DNA of 64,000 bases from Eledone cirrhosa (GCA_964016885.1 OZ024740.1:61938001-62002000), one strand, 5' to 3'. Positions 1-12,980 are shown, numbered from the stretch's first letter. Made by a program: numbers and translations. Notes: generated by a model from the sequence alone, not told the origin.

Positions 1-293
1 ATTTGATTAACAAAACGGCCAGCTCATGAAATTGACTTGCAAGTGATTGAGCATTCCATAGATATATGTGTTCTTAACATACTTGTCAGGGAGATTCAGT
101 GTAATATTACTGGACCTTTAAATTAGAGTTTACAGTCCATTTGAAAGTCTTCCAGTTAATTCTATCTATCCAATTTCACTTATAAGACAGTTTCCTAAAA
201 TGCCATGCAGTGGAATGGAACTCAAAAGTTTATGATTGTGGAGTGAATCTCTGAATTATTTGGTCAAGATGGATCCCTGACTCGGAACTAATA

Positions 294-621
294 CCATGGA
301 ATCTCGGTTCACAATTGCCTCACATCATGAACAAATCAGTTCATGAACAATTTTTCCGAACATAAAACATCTCAGTTGACGGTGTCTCAAGTAACGAACA
401 CACAAGTTGGCAACAACAGTTGATGACAAGCTGCAAGAATCAGGGGGAAAGTGTCACTTGCTGTGTAGTTAGTTATTATGGTTATATTTATTTGTCTTTC
501 TCACACAGTTTCTTTCTAGCTATATTTCTCTCTCAACATTTCATATGGGCAAAATAGTTTTGGTTTACAAACATTTTGGATGACAAACAGCTTTAAGTTT
601 GTGAACCAAGGTATTATACTG
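294..621. mobile_element. Degenerate Tigger/pogo-like MITE
   Basis: ends resemble an inverted pair (ggaatctcggttcac ... gtgaaccaaggtatt..ctg) with internal acgaac-like subrepeats. Confidence 0.45.
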
Positions 622-684
622 ACATGCTCATGTATTATCACAGCACCTTTCATTGCATCTTGGATTTGTTTTGTGTATTTACAG

Positions 685-770
685 TGATTCCAATCAGATT
701 AATGGTTCTCAAAAATGGTGAAAGGAACTTATCAAAGGCTTTACCAGTTGTTGGACCAAATGTTACTAAT
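685..770 (+). CDS. DCDC1: DCDC1/DCDC5-like doublecortin-domain protein, exon 1 of 12 seen in window (phase 1 to 0)
   Basis: tttacAG acceptor and GTAAGA donor; encodes IPIRLMVLKNGERNLSKALPVVGPNVTN, the 'KNG' N-terminal half of a DCX-like domain. Confidence 0.8.
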
Positions 771-887
771 GTAAGATATAGATTGGGAAACCACATCATT
801 AATTAATTAAAAACAAAAAGAAAGGAAAACAATTTTTTTTTTAAATTGATTTGTTTCTTCTCCCTTTCTAAAATGTTTATAAATTAA

Positions 888-1099
888 CCCTTTCAAAACC
901 ATTCTACCTGAACTTGTTTTTGGCTCTGTGATAAGACAGTCCATTTTAAAGTGTCCCTATTTAAAAATAAAACCTTCTGTCAAAATTTTAGGAAGTTATG
1001 TTCTTGACACCAACTTAAAAACTTTCCAAATTCTTGATAATTTTCAAAATAAGTTGAAACACATTCAACCATCTCATCAGGAATATGGTCACGAAAGGG
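888..1099. mobile_element. TTAA-flanked MITE (piggyBac-type ends)
   Basis: TTAA|CCCTTTC ... GAAAGGG|TTAA. Confidence 0.6.
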
Positions 1100-1726
1100 T
1101 TAAAACAAAAATGTAAACGATGTGTAAAACAGAAAAGAAAAAAAAAATGTTGAAGATGTTGCTTTCTTTCAATATTTATTCATTAATTTTATTTATTTAT
1201 TTTTTTATTTATTTTTTTATTTATTTTTACTCTTTTAATCTTTTACTGGTCTCAGTCATTAGACTGCAACCATGCTGGAGCACAACCTTTATTCAGTCTA
1301 TCAATTTTTTCAAGTCAGGTGCATATTTTATTGATTTCTTTTTTATTGAGCTGCTAAATTACAGGAAATAAACACACACACACACAGTTTGGGTGCAAAC
1401 GAAAGCAAAAAGTAATCATATCATAATATGAAAGGTGAGAATATTTATATCAACAGTTCAACTTATTTTTGCATTACCAAATAATTTTGTGTCCATAAAT
1501 ATGGCTTGCTCTTTCTGTGACTGATTCAACTACATTGCCAGCTCCCACAGAATTGATAGTTCTCTGCATGACAGCACAACAGGGTCAATGTGTATATCAT
1601 TATGGTATCTTTGCTGTATGTATGTGTGTGTGTGTGGGGGGGGGGGGGGGGCAATGGACATAGCAAAAGTATTATGGGTAATGTATTTGTTGTACGCTGA
1701 TAGTTCTGATATATATAAGTTTATCA

Positions 1727-1777
1727 GGCTTCCTGATGATTTCTCCCGAATGAAACAGTTCTAGTCCTGTAGAAGCC
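1727..1777 (+). ncRNA. Type I hammerhead ribozyme motif, family A
   Basis: GGCTTC-CTGATGA-T.TTC.TCCC.GAA.T-GAAA-CAG.TTCTAGTC.CTG-TA-GAAGCC: 6-bp helix I, full core, helix III CAG/CTG, predicted cleavage after GUA at 1771. Confidence 0.8.
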
Positions 1778-1832
1778 ATTTCTATATTAAATATATATAG
1801 CGTGGAAGATAGACATTAAACAATGATGATTA

Positions 1833-1869
<37 letters not shown>

Positions 1870-3235
1870 TCTCTTTTTTGCTCACTTATTCCTGGGAGGG
1901 TCGAGAGGGCAGAGTCCTCAAACACTTCAAGTGAGTTGGGGTCTACCCCAAAGACCCTTTGGAAGAACCCCATTTTGGTCACTTGTATTCATGATCATAT
2001 TCTTTCGGCAATTACTCAAGATTCATGACAAAAGGTAAGGGTTGGTACGAATATGGAATTGAAGATGATGATTTTAGCTTTTACACCTAACTTCCTTCCT
2101 CTGATTACCGAATGCTGGAGCTAGCACATTACTGCACCAATTCCTGCAATTCTTGCACTTAATTCATCCTACCGCATTCCATCACCCATGAACACAGTCT
2201 GGAGATACTCGAAATTCTTCAACTGCTTCAATGCAACTCGATTCACATATAGAGTGAACTCTGCAGGCTTTCTTGAGAGGGTGAGTGTTCCAGTCTTTGC
2301 AACACTGATTTCATTCCAGCCATGCAGCACTAGGCATCAAACCTATCAAGTGTATGTCGGAGATCATTTGACAAGTTAAGTAACACCATGCTGTCAGCAA
2401 ATTCCAACTGACTGATCCAACACCTGCCAGTCGTGATACCACTTCCAACCTGACTGCGCATGTCAATCTTGTTCATGACAATAATGAACAGGAGAGGTGA
2501 CAGTACACACTCTTGGTGGAGTCCAACTTGCACATTAAACGTTGTGATTCGCACTATTTATCCAAACACAAATATTAAGGCATTCATATAGAGACATCAG
2601 GACAACAACAAGCTGTCCATTGATCCCATACTCCTTCAGAACCTTCCACAGCAGGTCCTGTGGAGTGCGATTGGATGCCTTTTTGATGTCCACGAAGTAA
2701 GAATACACCTCTTGGCAGTACTCCAACGATTTCTCAAAGACATGCTGCAGTGTGAATATTTGGTTGGCTCTACTGCATCTGGGGCAAAAACCACACTGTT
2801 CATCAGCTAGCGTGGACTCGACAATCTCCCTGCATCTCTTTGCCAGACACTTAGCATAGACTTTACCTGGTAGGCTTAACACAGAGATCCCTCTACAATT
2901 GGAACAATCTCCCTTGTCTTCCTTTTTGAAAATTGGGATTATCACTCCTGATTGCCATTGCTTAGGTGCCTTTCCATAGATCCAGGCCAACGGCACACAT
3001 GTGTCAGCCAGAGAATACCTTTTCTATTTAAGGCTTTTAACATCTCAGCTGAATTTCATCTACCCCAGTAGCCTCGCCACATTTGAGCTCTTTAACTGCT
3101 TTAGTGACCTCAGTCTCTGAGAGATTAATCATTGCTCTCAGATGCACCTCGTGTACATCAGAAGATGCTATCATGATCAGGTTTAAGAGATCAGCAAAGT
3201 ATTCTCCCCACCTTGTGATGGTGCACCAGAAGACC
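1870..3235 (-). mobile_element. Degenerate RTE-clade LINE fragment (RT region; different family from the young copies)
   Basis: ORFs 2535-2996 (IIPIFKK.DK.DCSNCRGISVLSLPGKVYAK, EQCGF) and 2330-2554 (VGLHQECVLSPLLF, EFADS) with frameshifts. Confidence 0.85.
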
Positions 3236-3380
3236 ACCTCCCCATATGCAGGAGCTGAGGCATAGATCTTGTATGCACCACCTTCCCTCCCATCACCCTT
3301 CTCATACACCTCTCTCCCTTTAATCACCTTACCCCTATATCTACCTCCCCAATTCCCCATGAATCTCCCCCACCCCAATA

Positions 3381-3727
3381 CACACCATAAAGTGGTCATC
3401 TTGGAACCACAACAATAAGCGACCAGTCCACAATGTAATGTGGTCATGTAGGTGTCACAACAAAAAGTACCCAGCCCACACTGTAAAGCGCTCATGTAAG
3501 AGTCACAATAAAAAGCTCCCAGTCCACACTGTAAACTTGTGTAGGTATCATGACAAAAAGCACCCAGTGTACACTGTAAAGTGGTCGTGTAGGTGTCATG
3601 ATGAAAAACAGCCAGTCCACACTGTAAAGCAGTCGTGTAGGAGTCATGATAAAAAGCGCTCACCACACACTGTAAAGTGGTCATGTAGGTGTCATGACAA
3701 AAAGTGCCCAGTACACACTGTAAATGT
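3381..3727 (+). repeat. About 48-bp tandem minisatellite derived from the RTE/SINE 3' region, followed by the shared tail ending (GAT)n near 3885
   Basis: ctgtaaa recurs at 3481, 3529, 3574, 3622, 3670, 3718; explains the spurious Cys-rich ORFs. Confidence 0.85.
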
Positions 3728-4794
3728 GGTTAGCATTAGAAAGGGCATCCAGCTGTAGAAACCAAGCCAGAATCAGTTCTGTGTGAGCAAAACACGGTCC
3801 TCCAACCTGGACGTCTCACAGCGGGACAGCACATCTAACCCATGCTAGCATGGAAAATGGATGTTAAACGATGATGATGATGATATGTATGCAATGTACA
3901 ATGCTGCGTGGTAGTGAGACATGGGCAGTGACTGCAGAGGACATGTGAAGGCTGGAGAGAAATGATGTAAGCATACTTCAATGAATACATGATGTTAATG
4001 TGCATGAATGACAAAGCATCTTTAAACTAAGAGAAAAATTGAGTATAAGAGGAATCAGATGTACAGGAGAGAAGCCTGCACTGGTATAGACTGGTGTGCT
4101 AGGATGATGCTGATTGGGTGAAGAAATGCCAAGAAATCTCAATGGAAGGAAATCATAGTAGAAAAAGACCAAAGAAAACCTGGGCAGAAATAATTGTTTC
4201 TACTTTTGGCACAAGGCCAGCAATTAACCAGTGTATTACTGGTACTTTATTATATCGACCCCGTGAGGATGAAAGGCAACGTTAACCTCGGCGGGATTTG
4301 AACTCAGATTGGAAAGGGCCGTAACTCTATGCATCAAAGCATGGCGTCCGACCCTCTACCGATACTGCCCAGAAATAATGAGAGCTGATCTCATATTGCT
4401 GAAGCTCACAGAAGAGATGATAAAGGATCGCGACAAGTTGAGAGATGCTGAGCTGAAAAAGAATTGCACAACCCATATAATTATGAAGAAGCAGACATTA
4501 TGATGATGATAACATATATATATTTATGTGACAGTTTCCATCAACCAAATTCCACTCACAATGTATTGGTTTACATGAAACTAAATAGAAGGCACTTGCC
4601 CAAGATGCATGACTGAACACAGAGTGACATGGTTGTGAAGCTAACTCCTTAACCACACAGCCGTGCTTGTGCCTTTATGTATTTCTATATTTATTTATTT
4701 GTGTGGTTAACCTTTTGATCAGAAAATGTCTCTTAGTGCTTAGCTGTTAAGTGATACTGACTACAAAATATAGTGGTTATGTTATGTTGTTCTC

Positions 4795-5390
4795 ATTGGA
4801 GGTGGTGGTGATATGGTGGGGGAGATGTTGGTTGTTGGTAGTGCCTATGTTACTGTTGGTGGTGATGGTGGTGTTAATCTTATTGGTTGTGTTGTTGTTG
4901 GTGGTGGTTATGTTGCTGTTATTTTTGGTAGTGTTGGTGTTGTCAATGTTGATGGTGGTGGTACTGGTGTTGTCAATGTTGATGGTGGTGGTGTGGTGTT
5001 GTCAATGTTGGTGGTGGTGGCTATGTTGTTGTTATTTTTGGTGGTGTTAGTATTGTTGACATTGTTGGTGTTAATGTTTGTCTTTGTGTTGGTAGTGGTA
5101 GAGGTGGCTGTGGCAGTGAAGATGTTGTGGATGATGATGATGATAAGGATGATGGTGCTGCTGTTGATACTGTTGTTGTTCTTTTGATGAGGATGATGAC
5201 AATGATGATGATGGTGATAATAACATTTTTTTTATGATGATGATAATGATGATGATATGACACTTGTTGTTAATGAATACATTGTTTTTGCTCTTAATGA
5301 TAATGTTTATGAATTTGACTATTTTGTTGTTGTTTCTGCTGTTCTTGATGATGATGTTGTTTTTCTTGATGTTGTTTTTGATAATATTGT
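4795..5390. repeat. Cryptic trinucleotide low-complexity tract (GGT/GTT/GAT)n
   Basis: visible periodicity; produces spurious poly-V/L/M/H ORFs. Confidence 0.9.
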
Positions 5391-5697
5391 TGTACAATAG
5401 GAGTGGCTGTCATAGCACTTCCTTGTTTAAAAAGGTAAATGGCAAACAAACCACATTGTCTGTTAGTTGTCAGGATGAATTAGCTAACTGATTTCATGGT
5501 TTACATCTTTCAAGAATGAATAGCTCTCTGTTCATCTGCTACATGGAAGCAGTCACAGTTAGGCATGGCTGTTTGATATATATATATATATATACATATA
5601 TATATAAATATACATACATATGTGTATATGTGTACTTGCACATCTACACACACAAATACATGCATGCATACACTCATACATAAATACACACATATAT

Positions 5698-5752
<55 letters not shown>

Positions 5753-5815
5753 AGTTATTCCGGGTTGATCGGAGGTAACCAGTTCTAGTCCTGTAGAAGC
5801 TCTTCTATATTAAAA

Positions 5816-5923
<108 letters not shown>

Positions 5924-5925
5924 TA

Positions 5926-6209
5926 TACAATATTAAATAAATGGAAAACTATATTTATAAAACCATATCTATTTCATTATATATATTTCGGGGATATCAT
6001 ATTAACTCTAGCAGTCACTGCTAGAGTAAACCTCTTCAAATGAAGTTGATGTTTATTACGGTATATCGAATATATTTATCTATAAAACTGTTTATATTGT
6101 ATTTTGTCTGATGAAGGCATAGCATATTGTTAATATGATATCCCCGAAATATATATAATGAAATAGATATGGTTTTATAAATATAGTTTTCCATTTATTT
6201 AATATTGTA
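5926..6209. repeat. 81-bp perfect inverted repeat (5926-6006 / 6129-6209); probable Penelope-like pseudo-LTR remnant
   Basis: arms compared base by base; right arm overlaps the family B hammerhead motif. Confidence 0.85.
6100..6165 (+). ncRNA. Minimal type I hammerhead ribozyme motif, family B
   Basis: TATTTTGT-CTGATGA-(31-nt helix II region with CATATT/AATATG pairing)-GAAA-TATATA-TA-ATGAAATA; helix I pairs with two G.U wobbles; helix III is a palindrome. Confidence 0.65.
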
Positions 6210-6300
6210 AATATACTCCAAGTATTTGTCGAGTGCTTTTATATCAGTTATAAATATTTACTAGTTGTAACCCAACAATTTTAAATATAACTTTACATGT

Positions 6301-6365
<65 letters not shown>

Positions 6366-6367
<2 letters not shown>

Positions 6368-6738
6368 CGCCTGGCTTAGTGGTTAGAGCATTGGGCTTGC
6401 AATCGAAAGGTTGTGAGTTCAGTTCTCGGACCGGGTGATGTGTTGTTTCCTTGAGCAAGACACTTTAATTCACATTGCTCCAGTTTACTCAGCTGTAGAA
6501 ATGAGATGATAGAACTGGGGTCCCTATCATTCCACCGCAAAGTGGTCGTGGAGGTGTCATGGTAAAAAAACACCCAGCCCACACTGTAAAGTGGTCATGG
6601 AGGTGCCACGGAAAAAAAGCACCCAGCACTCACTGTAAATGAGGTTGGTGTTAGGAAGGGCATCCAGCTGTAGAAACCAAGCTAGAATCAGTTCCCGTCC
6701 CACCCTCGCAAGCAGAGAAAAACGGACGTAAAATGATG

Positions 6739-6745
<7 letters not shown>
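6366..6745 (+). mobile_element. tRNA-derived SINE with RTE-type 3' tail; close copy on minus strand at about 26650-26965
   Basis: A-box TGGCTTAGTGG, B-box-like GAGTTCAGTTC, tail ttggtgttaggaagggcatccagctgtagaaacc...ATGATGAT. Confidence 0.8.
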
Positions 6746-6825
<80 letters not shown>

Positions 6826-7689
6826 AGAGAGAGAGATATATGCATGTGTATTTCTATATGAGTGTATGCATGAATGTATTTGTGTATGTGGAGATGTGCA
6901 AGCACGCATATACAGATATGTACAGAGAGAGATATGTGTACACACACAAACTTGTTTACACAAATACACATACTCACATACTTGCTCATATGCTCACACA
7001 TATATTCACATTCCCATGCACAAGCACACACAATGCTCACGCACATATACATCCACACCCTTTTGAAAAGGTGATATATTGGAATAATAAGGAAATGTTA
7101 AAACATAGAAGAGACAATGTTTCTTGTGTCTAATACATTTCAATATATTTACATGTATATTTGTATTCCGAGTGGAAAGAAACAACTAAAAATACATTAA
7201 ATATTTCAATCTCTCGATGGTGGGGGAGGGGAGGGGGGGTGCATAAAAGTCTATTCACATACAATAAATTTTTTATTAATTTAAAAAATTTTTTATTATT
7301 TTATTGCTTGGCAAATTCATGAGAAGCATTGGACAAAATGGTTTGTGGCATTTAGGTACGAAACTTTATTTTTATTTCAAATCCTGTTGAGATAAAGTTT
7401 TGCTTTTCATCCTTCCAAGTACTAGGATCAATTTTTATCATCTTTCTTCTCCATGAAATTGTTGATCTTGTGTCAATGTTAGAAAGAATTATTATTTTAG
7501 TAGATTCAGAAGAATGTTGAATAAAGTGCTTTTTGGTATTTATGTTCTAAGTTTAGATCCTCTCAAGATTAACTTTGATTTTCCATCCTTTGTTTATATC
7601 TGCAAAATTGTTTGCCACTTTTTCATGGTATGCTTGACAAATGTTTTTATTGTTGGTGCTACTTTGTTCATGGCTAGTGTGTTTGGTAT

Positions 7690-8225
7690 CCATGTATGAG
7701 AAACATTGTCAAATATCTTGTGGTAGTCAATCTATGCCATGCTGAGATTTTTTTTTGTTGTTTTTTTTTTGTTTTTTTCTGCAGTTTTTGATTATGGCTT
7801 TAGTGATTAGCAACTGGTCATCTGACCTTTGCAGCATCCTTTCTCTTCTTCTGGAAGCAGGTTTTTTCCAGGTGCTTGGTCAGTTTCTGCAATACCATTG
7901 CAGTTAAAGTTTTGTATCTAGTAGGCAGGTATGTTATGGGCCTGTAATTTTGGGGATTTGCCATGTCATTATTCTTAGGAAGCAAGGTAGTTTTCCACAT
8001 AGGGAGCCAGTCAGGTTCTTTTTCTGGTTCTGTCAGCATCTCATTAAACTTTTTTGCTTGTATTCCATGTGTCCCTGCTAAATATTTCAGCCAAAAGTTT
8101 GTGATCTTATCATGTCGTCCAGTTGCTTGCTTTTTTCAGTGTGCTAGACACATCGTCGTCAGTTGTAATGTTTTCCACAGTTGGTCAAGTGCTGTGTCCA
8201 TTGTTCTTGGTAGTTCTATGTGATA
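7690..8225 (-). mobile_element. Degenerate R4/Dong-like non-LTR RT fragment
   Basis: KTTLLPKNNDMANPQNYRPITYLPTRYKTLT and a downstream NLSMA.IDY.K.FD-like motif. Confidence 0.65.
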
Positions 8226-8549
8226 CACTGAGCCTCTGAGACTAGGGGCTGATCTGAGGCCAATTAACATGCTTCATGTGGCAACCCATTGCTAAAGAAA
8301 CCTTACAAAAGGTTAAACAATAGTATTATTATCTTTTGGCAGAATTGATAGAGCATCAAACAAAATGCTTTGTAGCATTTAGTTATGATCATTACATTCT
8401 GAGTTCAAATCTCTATGAGGTTCATTTTACTTTTTTCCTTCCAGTGTTGATAAAATAAAGAACTAATCAAGTACTGGTTTTGATTTAAATCAGGGTTGCT
8501 TAAGTGGTTGATATCAACCCTGAGAAATGAAATGAAAATGCATAAAATA

Positions 8550-8740
8550 ATTGTTTCTACTTTAGGCACAAGGCCAGCAATTACCCAGTGCATTACTGGT
8601 ACTTTATTTTATCGACCCCCGTAAGGATGAAAGGCAAAGTCAACCTCGGCGGGATTTGAAATCAGATCGTAAAGGGACGTAACTATGCTGGAAAGCATGG
8701 CGTCCGACCCTCTACCGATACTGCTAATCCACCGCCCGAA
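8550..8740 (-). mobile_element. About 190-bp tRNA-derived SINE; other copies at about 4191-4370, 8750-8910, 15830-16590 (tandem), 17185-17372, 20944-21130, 34358-34546, 55650-55870, 60080-60268
   Basis: shared core gagttcaaatcccgccgaggttgactttgcctttcatccttacggggtcgataaaataaagtaccag and (ATT)n tail. Confidence 0.85.
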
Positions 8741-9094
8741 AATGCATAAAATAATGGTTTCTGATTTAGGCACAGGGCCAACAGTTTCAGGGGAGGTGAA
8801 AGTTGATTAACTCAACTCCAATGCATTACTGGTGCTTTATTTTATCAACCCCGTAAGGATGAAAGGTAAAGTTAACCTTGGCAGGATTTGAGATCAGAAC
8901 ATAAAGGGCCATACATATATGGTCTGAAAACGTTTGAGGATCTATTTTATAAATCAACTAATCCCTTCTCTCAAATTGCTGGATTTGTGCTTAAATTTGT
9001 GACCATTATTTTATTAGTCTCTTTGACAACTTTATTTTGAATAAGATTTTGTTTTGGTGTAATTTTGAAGTGTTTTTTTTTATTTTTGTTTCAG

Positions 9095-9250
9095 ATGATG
9101 AGAGCTTTGTCAGATAAGAAAGAGGTCAAACATTTTCACACCAATGAAAATAATGATTCAAGCAAGATGAATTTGGGCAGCAGCACTCAGGTTGAAAATA
9201 GAAACCTCCACTGTAGTCCTTTGACTGTACGGGAACTAGAATTTACAATG
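9095..9250 (+). CDS. DCDC1: DCDC1-like exon 2 (phase 0 to 0)
   Basis: long T tract + tcAG acceptor, GTAGGT donor; MMRALSDKK...LTVRELEFTM; phases match both neighbours. Confidence 0.75.
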
Positions 9251-12200
9251 GTAGGTTAAGGATCTTTATATGATTACTGCATACTACAGCAATAACACAA
9301 AGTGTTTTAACCACTTTGAGATCAAACTGCCTGAAGTTACCCTGGTTCTATAATACTAAACTGTTTATTTTAAAATGTTTATAATTATCATCTTTATTGT
9401 TTTTATGTTGATTTTGCCATGTTGTCATGGGTTGGAAAGACCTTTTGAAGCAATGTTTTACAACCAGATGACATTCCTGACAACCCTTTTAATTACTTCT
9501 TACAATACACAGAGATATGATGCACCTTTTCTTAACTGGATACACATGGTTAAATATTTATCTCAAAATCAGTTTATACTTATCTAAAAATCTTTCATCG
9601 TAATTTTATGTAAAGACCTTTAAGTTATATTCCGCTTAAAGTTAGTTATAATATTAAATCCCTCCAAATTTTTGATTATTTTCAAAATGATTTGAAAATT
9701 ATTGACAGTGTTCTTCATTAGCAGTATAGTAATGAAAGAGTTAAGGCGATTTTCCTTGCCAAAGTCATGGTTAATCTTGTGAGCCTCATGATAAGCTTCA
9801 TACACACCATGGGGTATTTTTTAAGAGCATATTTTACAGCCAGATACCCTTCTTGGTGCCAACTTTTTAGTCACTTCATATCACATATAAAGATATGGTG
9901 CACCTTTTCTAAAAATTGGGATATACACAGGAAATATAAAAGTCAATCTTATGTACCATTTAACCTAATTTGAAAGGCATGGAGTTGGGGCTAACAATTT
10001 TCAGTTTTCCATGTACCTCATATAAAAGTCAGACCTAGATTTTTCACTATTAATAGATCAATATTTGCTGGTTGATGGATTATCCTGTATATAGATGTTA
10101 GAGTAAGAAAATGAATTTGTACAAACATAAAGTTATGGATTTCTCAAATCCATTATTGAATAAGCACTATAATTACTGTAGTTTATTTCTAATTAGTATA
10201 ATACAAAATAAATCACACCATTTCTTTGTTAAGCTAGACCATATGCATTTATCAATATAATTCACTGTAATTTATTGTTCTTTTCTCCTCTTTTTAAAAA
10301 TCATTTTTAATCATTCAGACTTCTACTACTGAAAAGGTATTTTGAATTTTACCACCTCAAATATAATATCCATGTAAGCACCAAAATTTAGCTTAAAATT
10401 TTGGTCTAAAAAGCTTGATTTTTTTTTTTTATATACAGTATCATATCTTTTGAGATATAAGATGCAATGGTTTATAAGACACTCCATTATATTGAAGAAA
10501 AAAAGGTTTGGAAAAAGTTACAGTAGTGTTTCTAGATCTGACTTGGTTTTGGTCATTGTTGGGGAAGGTCATAACCACTGTCCCTCCTGACTTTTTTGCA
10601 GGGTTTACATTCATACATGTTGATGTGGCTGAGATGGTGCTCTTATTGATCCTTCACCCCATCCTATATTGGAGGCCTATCACCCTCTGTCAAGCCCTGA
10701 AGTTCCCATTTCCTTGCCATGAAGAGGCTAGTAATAAGAATTTGAACTGAGAATGCAAAAAGCTGGAGCAAATATTGCAAAGCATCTTATGCAGTTCTCT
10801 AACAACCCCACTAATCTACACCCTAGATTGGTACTTTATTTATTGATCTTAGTGGGATTTGTACTCAGAGTGTACTCTTGGGGGACATGGTTTGTCTCCT
10901 GGTTTAATTCTGCCATCACCTAGCTCTTGAGTACCTTTAGTGGAGCCCACACTAGTGCAGACATTTAGACCAAGTCTCTGATTTGAGGACACATTCCTCT
11001 TTTTCTCCTAGCAGTTTCAGAGACCCTGAAAAGAGTCACAGGCATTGCTTTACCTTCTGACTAAACAACTTCCCCCTCACCAGTGAACTGCAACAAATAT
11101 TGAAGGACATACTATCCAATGCACTCATGACTGCTGTATCTATATGTTGTAAGATGCAAACAAAAGTGTTGGTGTCAAGATGAGCATCCACTGAAAAATT
11201 GCCTCAGAAAGGACCACTTGGGTATTTAAACCGGTCATATCTGGCCAGAATTCTCTCAACTCTTTCTGTTCAAACCAGCTGTGAATGGTTGCTCATACTG
11301 ACGTTAAGGTATTGTTTTCAAAATAAATAGCATCAAAATCTTGTAGATTCGATATTATGTGAAATAATTATGTAAGATAAAGCCTTTACCACAAAAATAC
11401 AGTAGTATATATAGAGTAATGTAAATGCTAAAGGCTTAAAGCTTATCATGTAGGCTAACTCCTGCTTTAGTAGGGAAAATGGCCTCAAATGCTAATATTT
11501 TCCAATTTGATGTCTTCTAACTAATATCATGAAAATAGAAAAGTAAATAGTTAAAAGGCTGTAAAATAAGGGTTATTAATGAGATTGGATAGTTAATTAA
11601 ATGTCCATCTGAGGTGAGTTATTGCTAACCTCATCTCTATAGATGAAACAATTTTTATGTGTAGGTGTAAATATTAAAAACTGATTCATCTCTCTATGAT
11701 GCAAATGAGGTAATAACCCAAAAGATCGGATAGATGTTTATTTAGACATAAATATTGGCTTTTTCTATGTGGCAGAAATGAAACATATGTTGGGGAAATG
11801 AGATGTAAGCATGATGATTAAGGAAGAAACTCTTACTGGGGGGGTTGAAACCATGTTTTGATAAGCTAGACAAAAATTTAGTAATTGCTATTTATGTATT
11901 AGGAATATATGAATGAGATGTAGGGTCTGCAACTTGTACCATAGGCTATCCATCTCATCATCATCATTCAACTGCGTTTGCAGATAGCAACAATCCATCT
12001 CCAACCATTGTGACTTTCATAATCAGTTGTAATCTTGTGGTCAAACGATTAGTAGGATTTAAGCTCAGAATGCAAAGTACCAGAACAAAAACCATAAAGC
12101 TTCTTGCTCAACAGTTTACCTATTCTACCAATCCACCTCCATGAACCATTTTATTTTATAGACCTTCACCACTGAATGGAAGAAAGGAAAAGTTGATCTT

Positions 12201-12980
12201 GGGGTTTGAACTCATCAAAGAGCAATGAGCCAAAACTTATCTTATTCAATGGTTTAATGGCTCTACTAATTAGGTGTCTACCTATCTAGGAAGGCAGTAA
12301 TTTGAAATGAACTGATACAGGGCTGGGGGAACACTTTAGTTCTGTTAAAAATATCGTCTCTAGTGCTTTTAGAAAGAGAAACAACATTCAGTACATGTTG
12401 TAAAGAGGTTGGTTTTTGGAAAGCTTTCCAGTTGTAAAAAGCATATTAAAAATTGTAGCACATGAACAAGATATGGATATAGCAAATGCATCACAATGTA
12501 TGCATATAGGTGGGCTGTAAATCTGAATAGGAACTGATGTGGAAAGAACTGGTTATTTAAGATGCAAATATTTTTCCAGGTGCTAGTACCACAAAAAACG
12601 TCCCCTGTACACATTGTAGCAATAGGACAGACATCCCACTATAGAAACTATGCCAAAAAGGGTTGAGGGAATATCTGGTTGTGTTAATGACCTACATGAT
12701 AATGCACCCAATATACTCTGTAAAGTGGTTGGAAAGGTATCCAGCTGTAGAAAGTCTGCTAAGCAAAGAGTTGGGAAGTCTCTTCAGGTGTGTCAAAGTC
12801 ATGACAACCTCACTAATGCTGGTTCTATGATAAAATACATTCAATAGAGCATGGGAATATTTGTAAGATAGAAGCACCCGGTAGAGAAACATAAGTAAAC
12901 AATATGCAGGTCCTCAGCCCATATGAGAAGTCAGAAGCTCCGCTTGAGAACTTATTGCTAACAGAGAAAACAGATGTTAA

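Noticed and set aside
3037-3758. Cys-rich repetitive ORFs and a CRISPR-like periodicity
   Set aside because: Tandem 48-bp units without unique spacers, derived from the RTE/SINE tail; eukaryotic context and no cas genes
4751-5491. Hydrophobic and His/Asn-rich ORFs
   Set aside because: Translations of a trinucleotide low-complexity tract, open in several frames
6366-6440. Possible tRNA gene
   Set aside because: A/B boxes present but no clean cloverleaf; continues into a SINE body with another copy in the window
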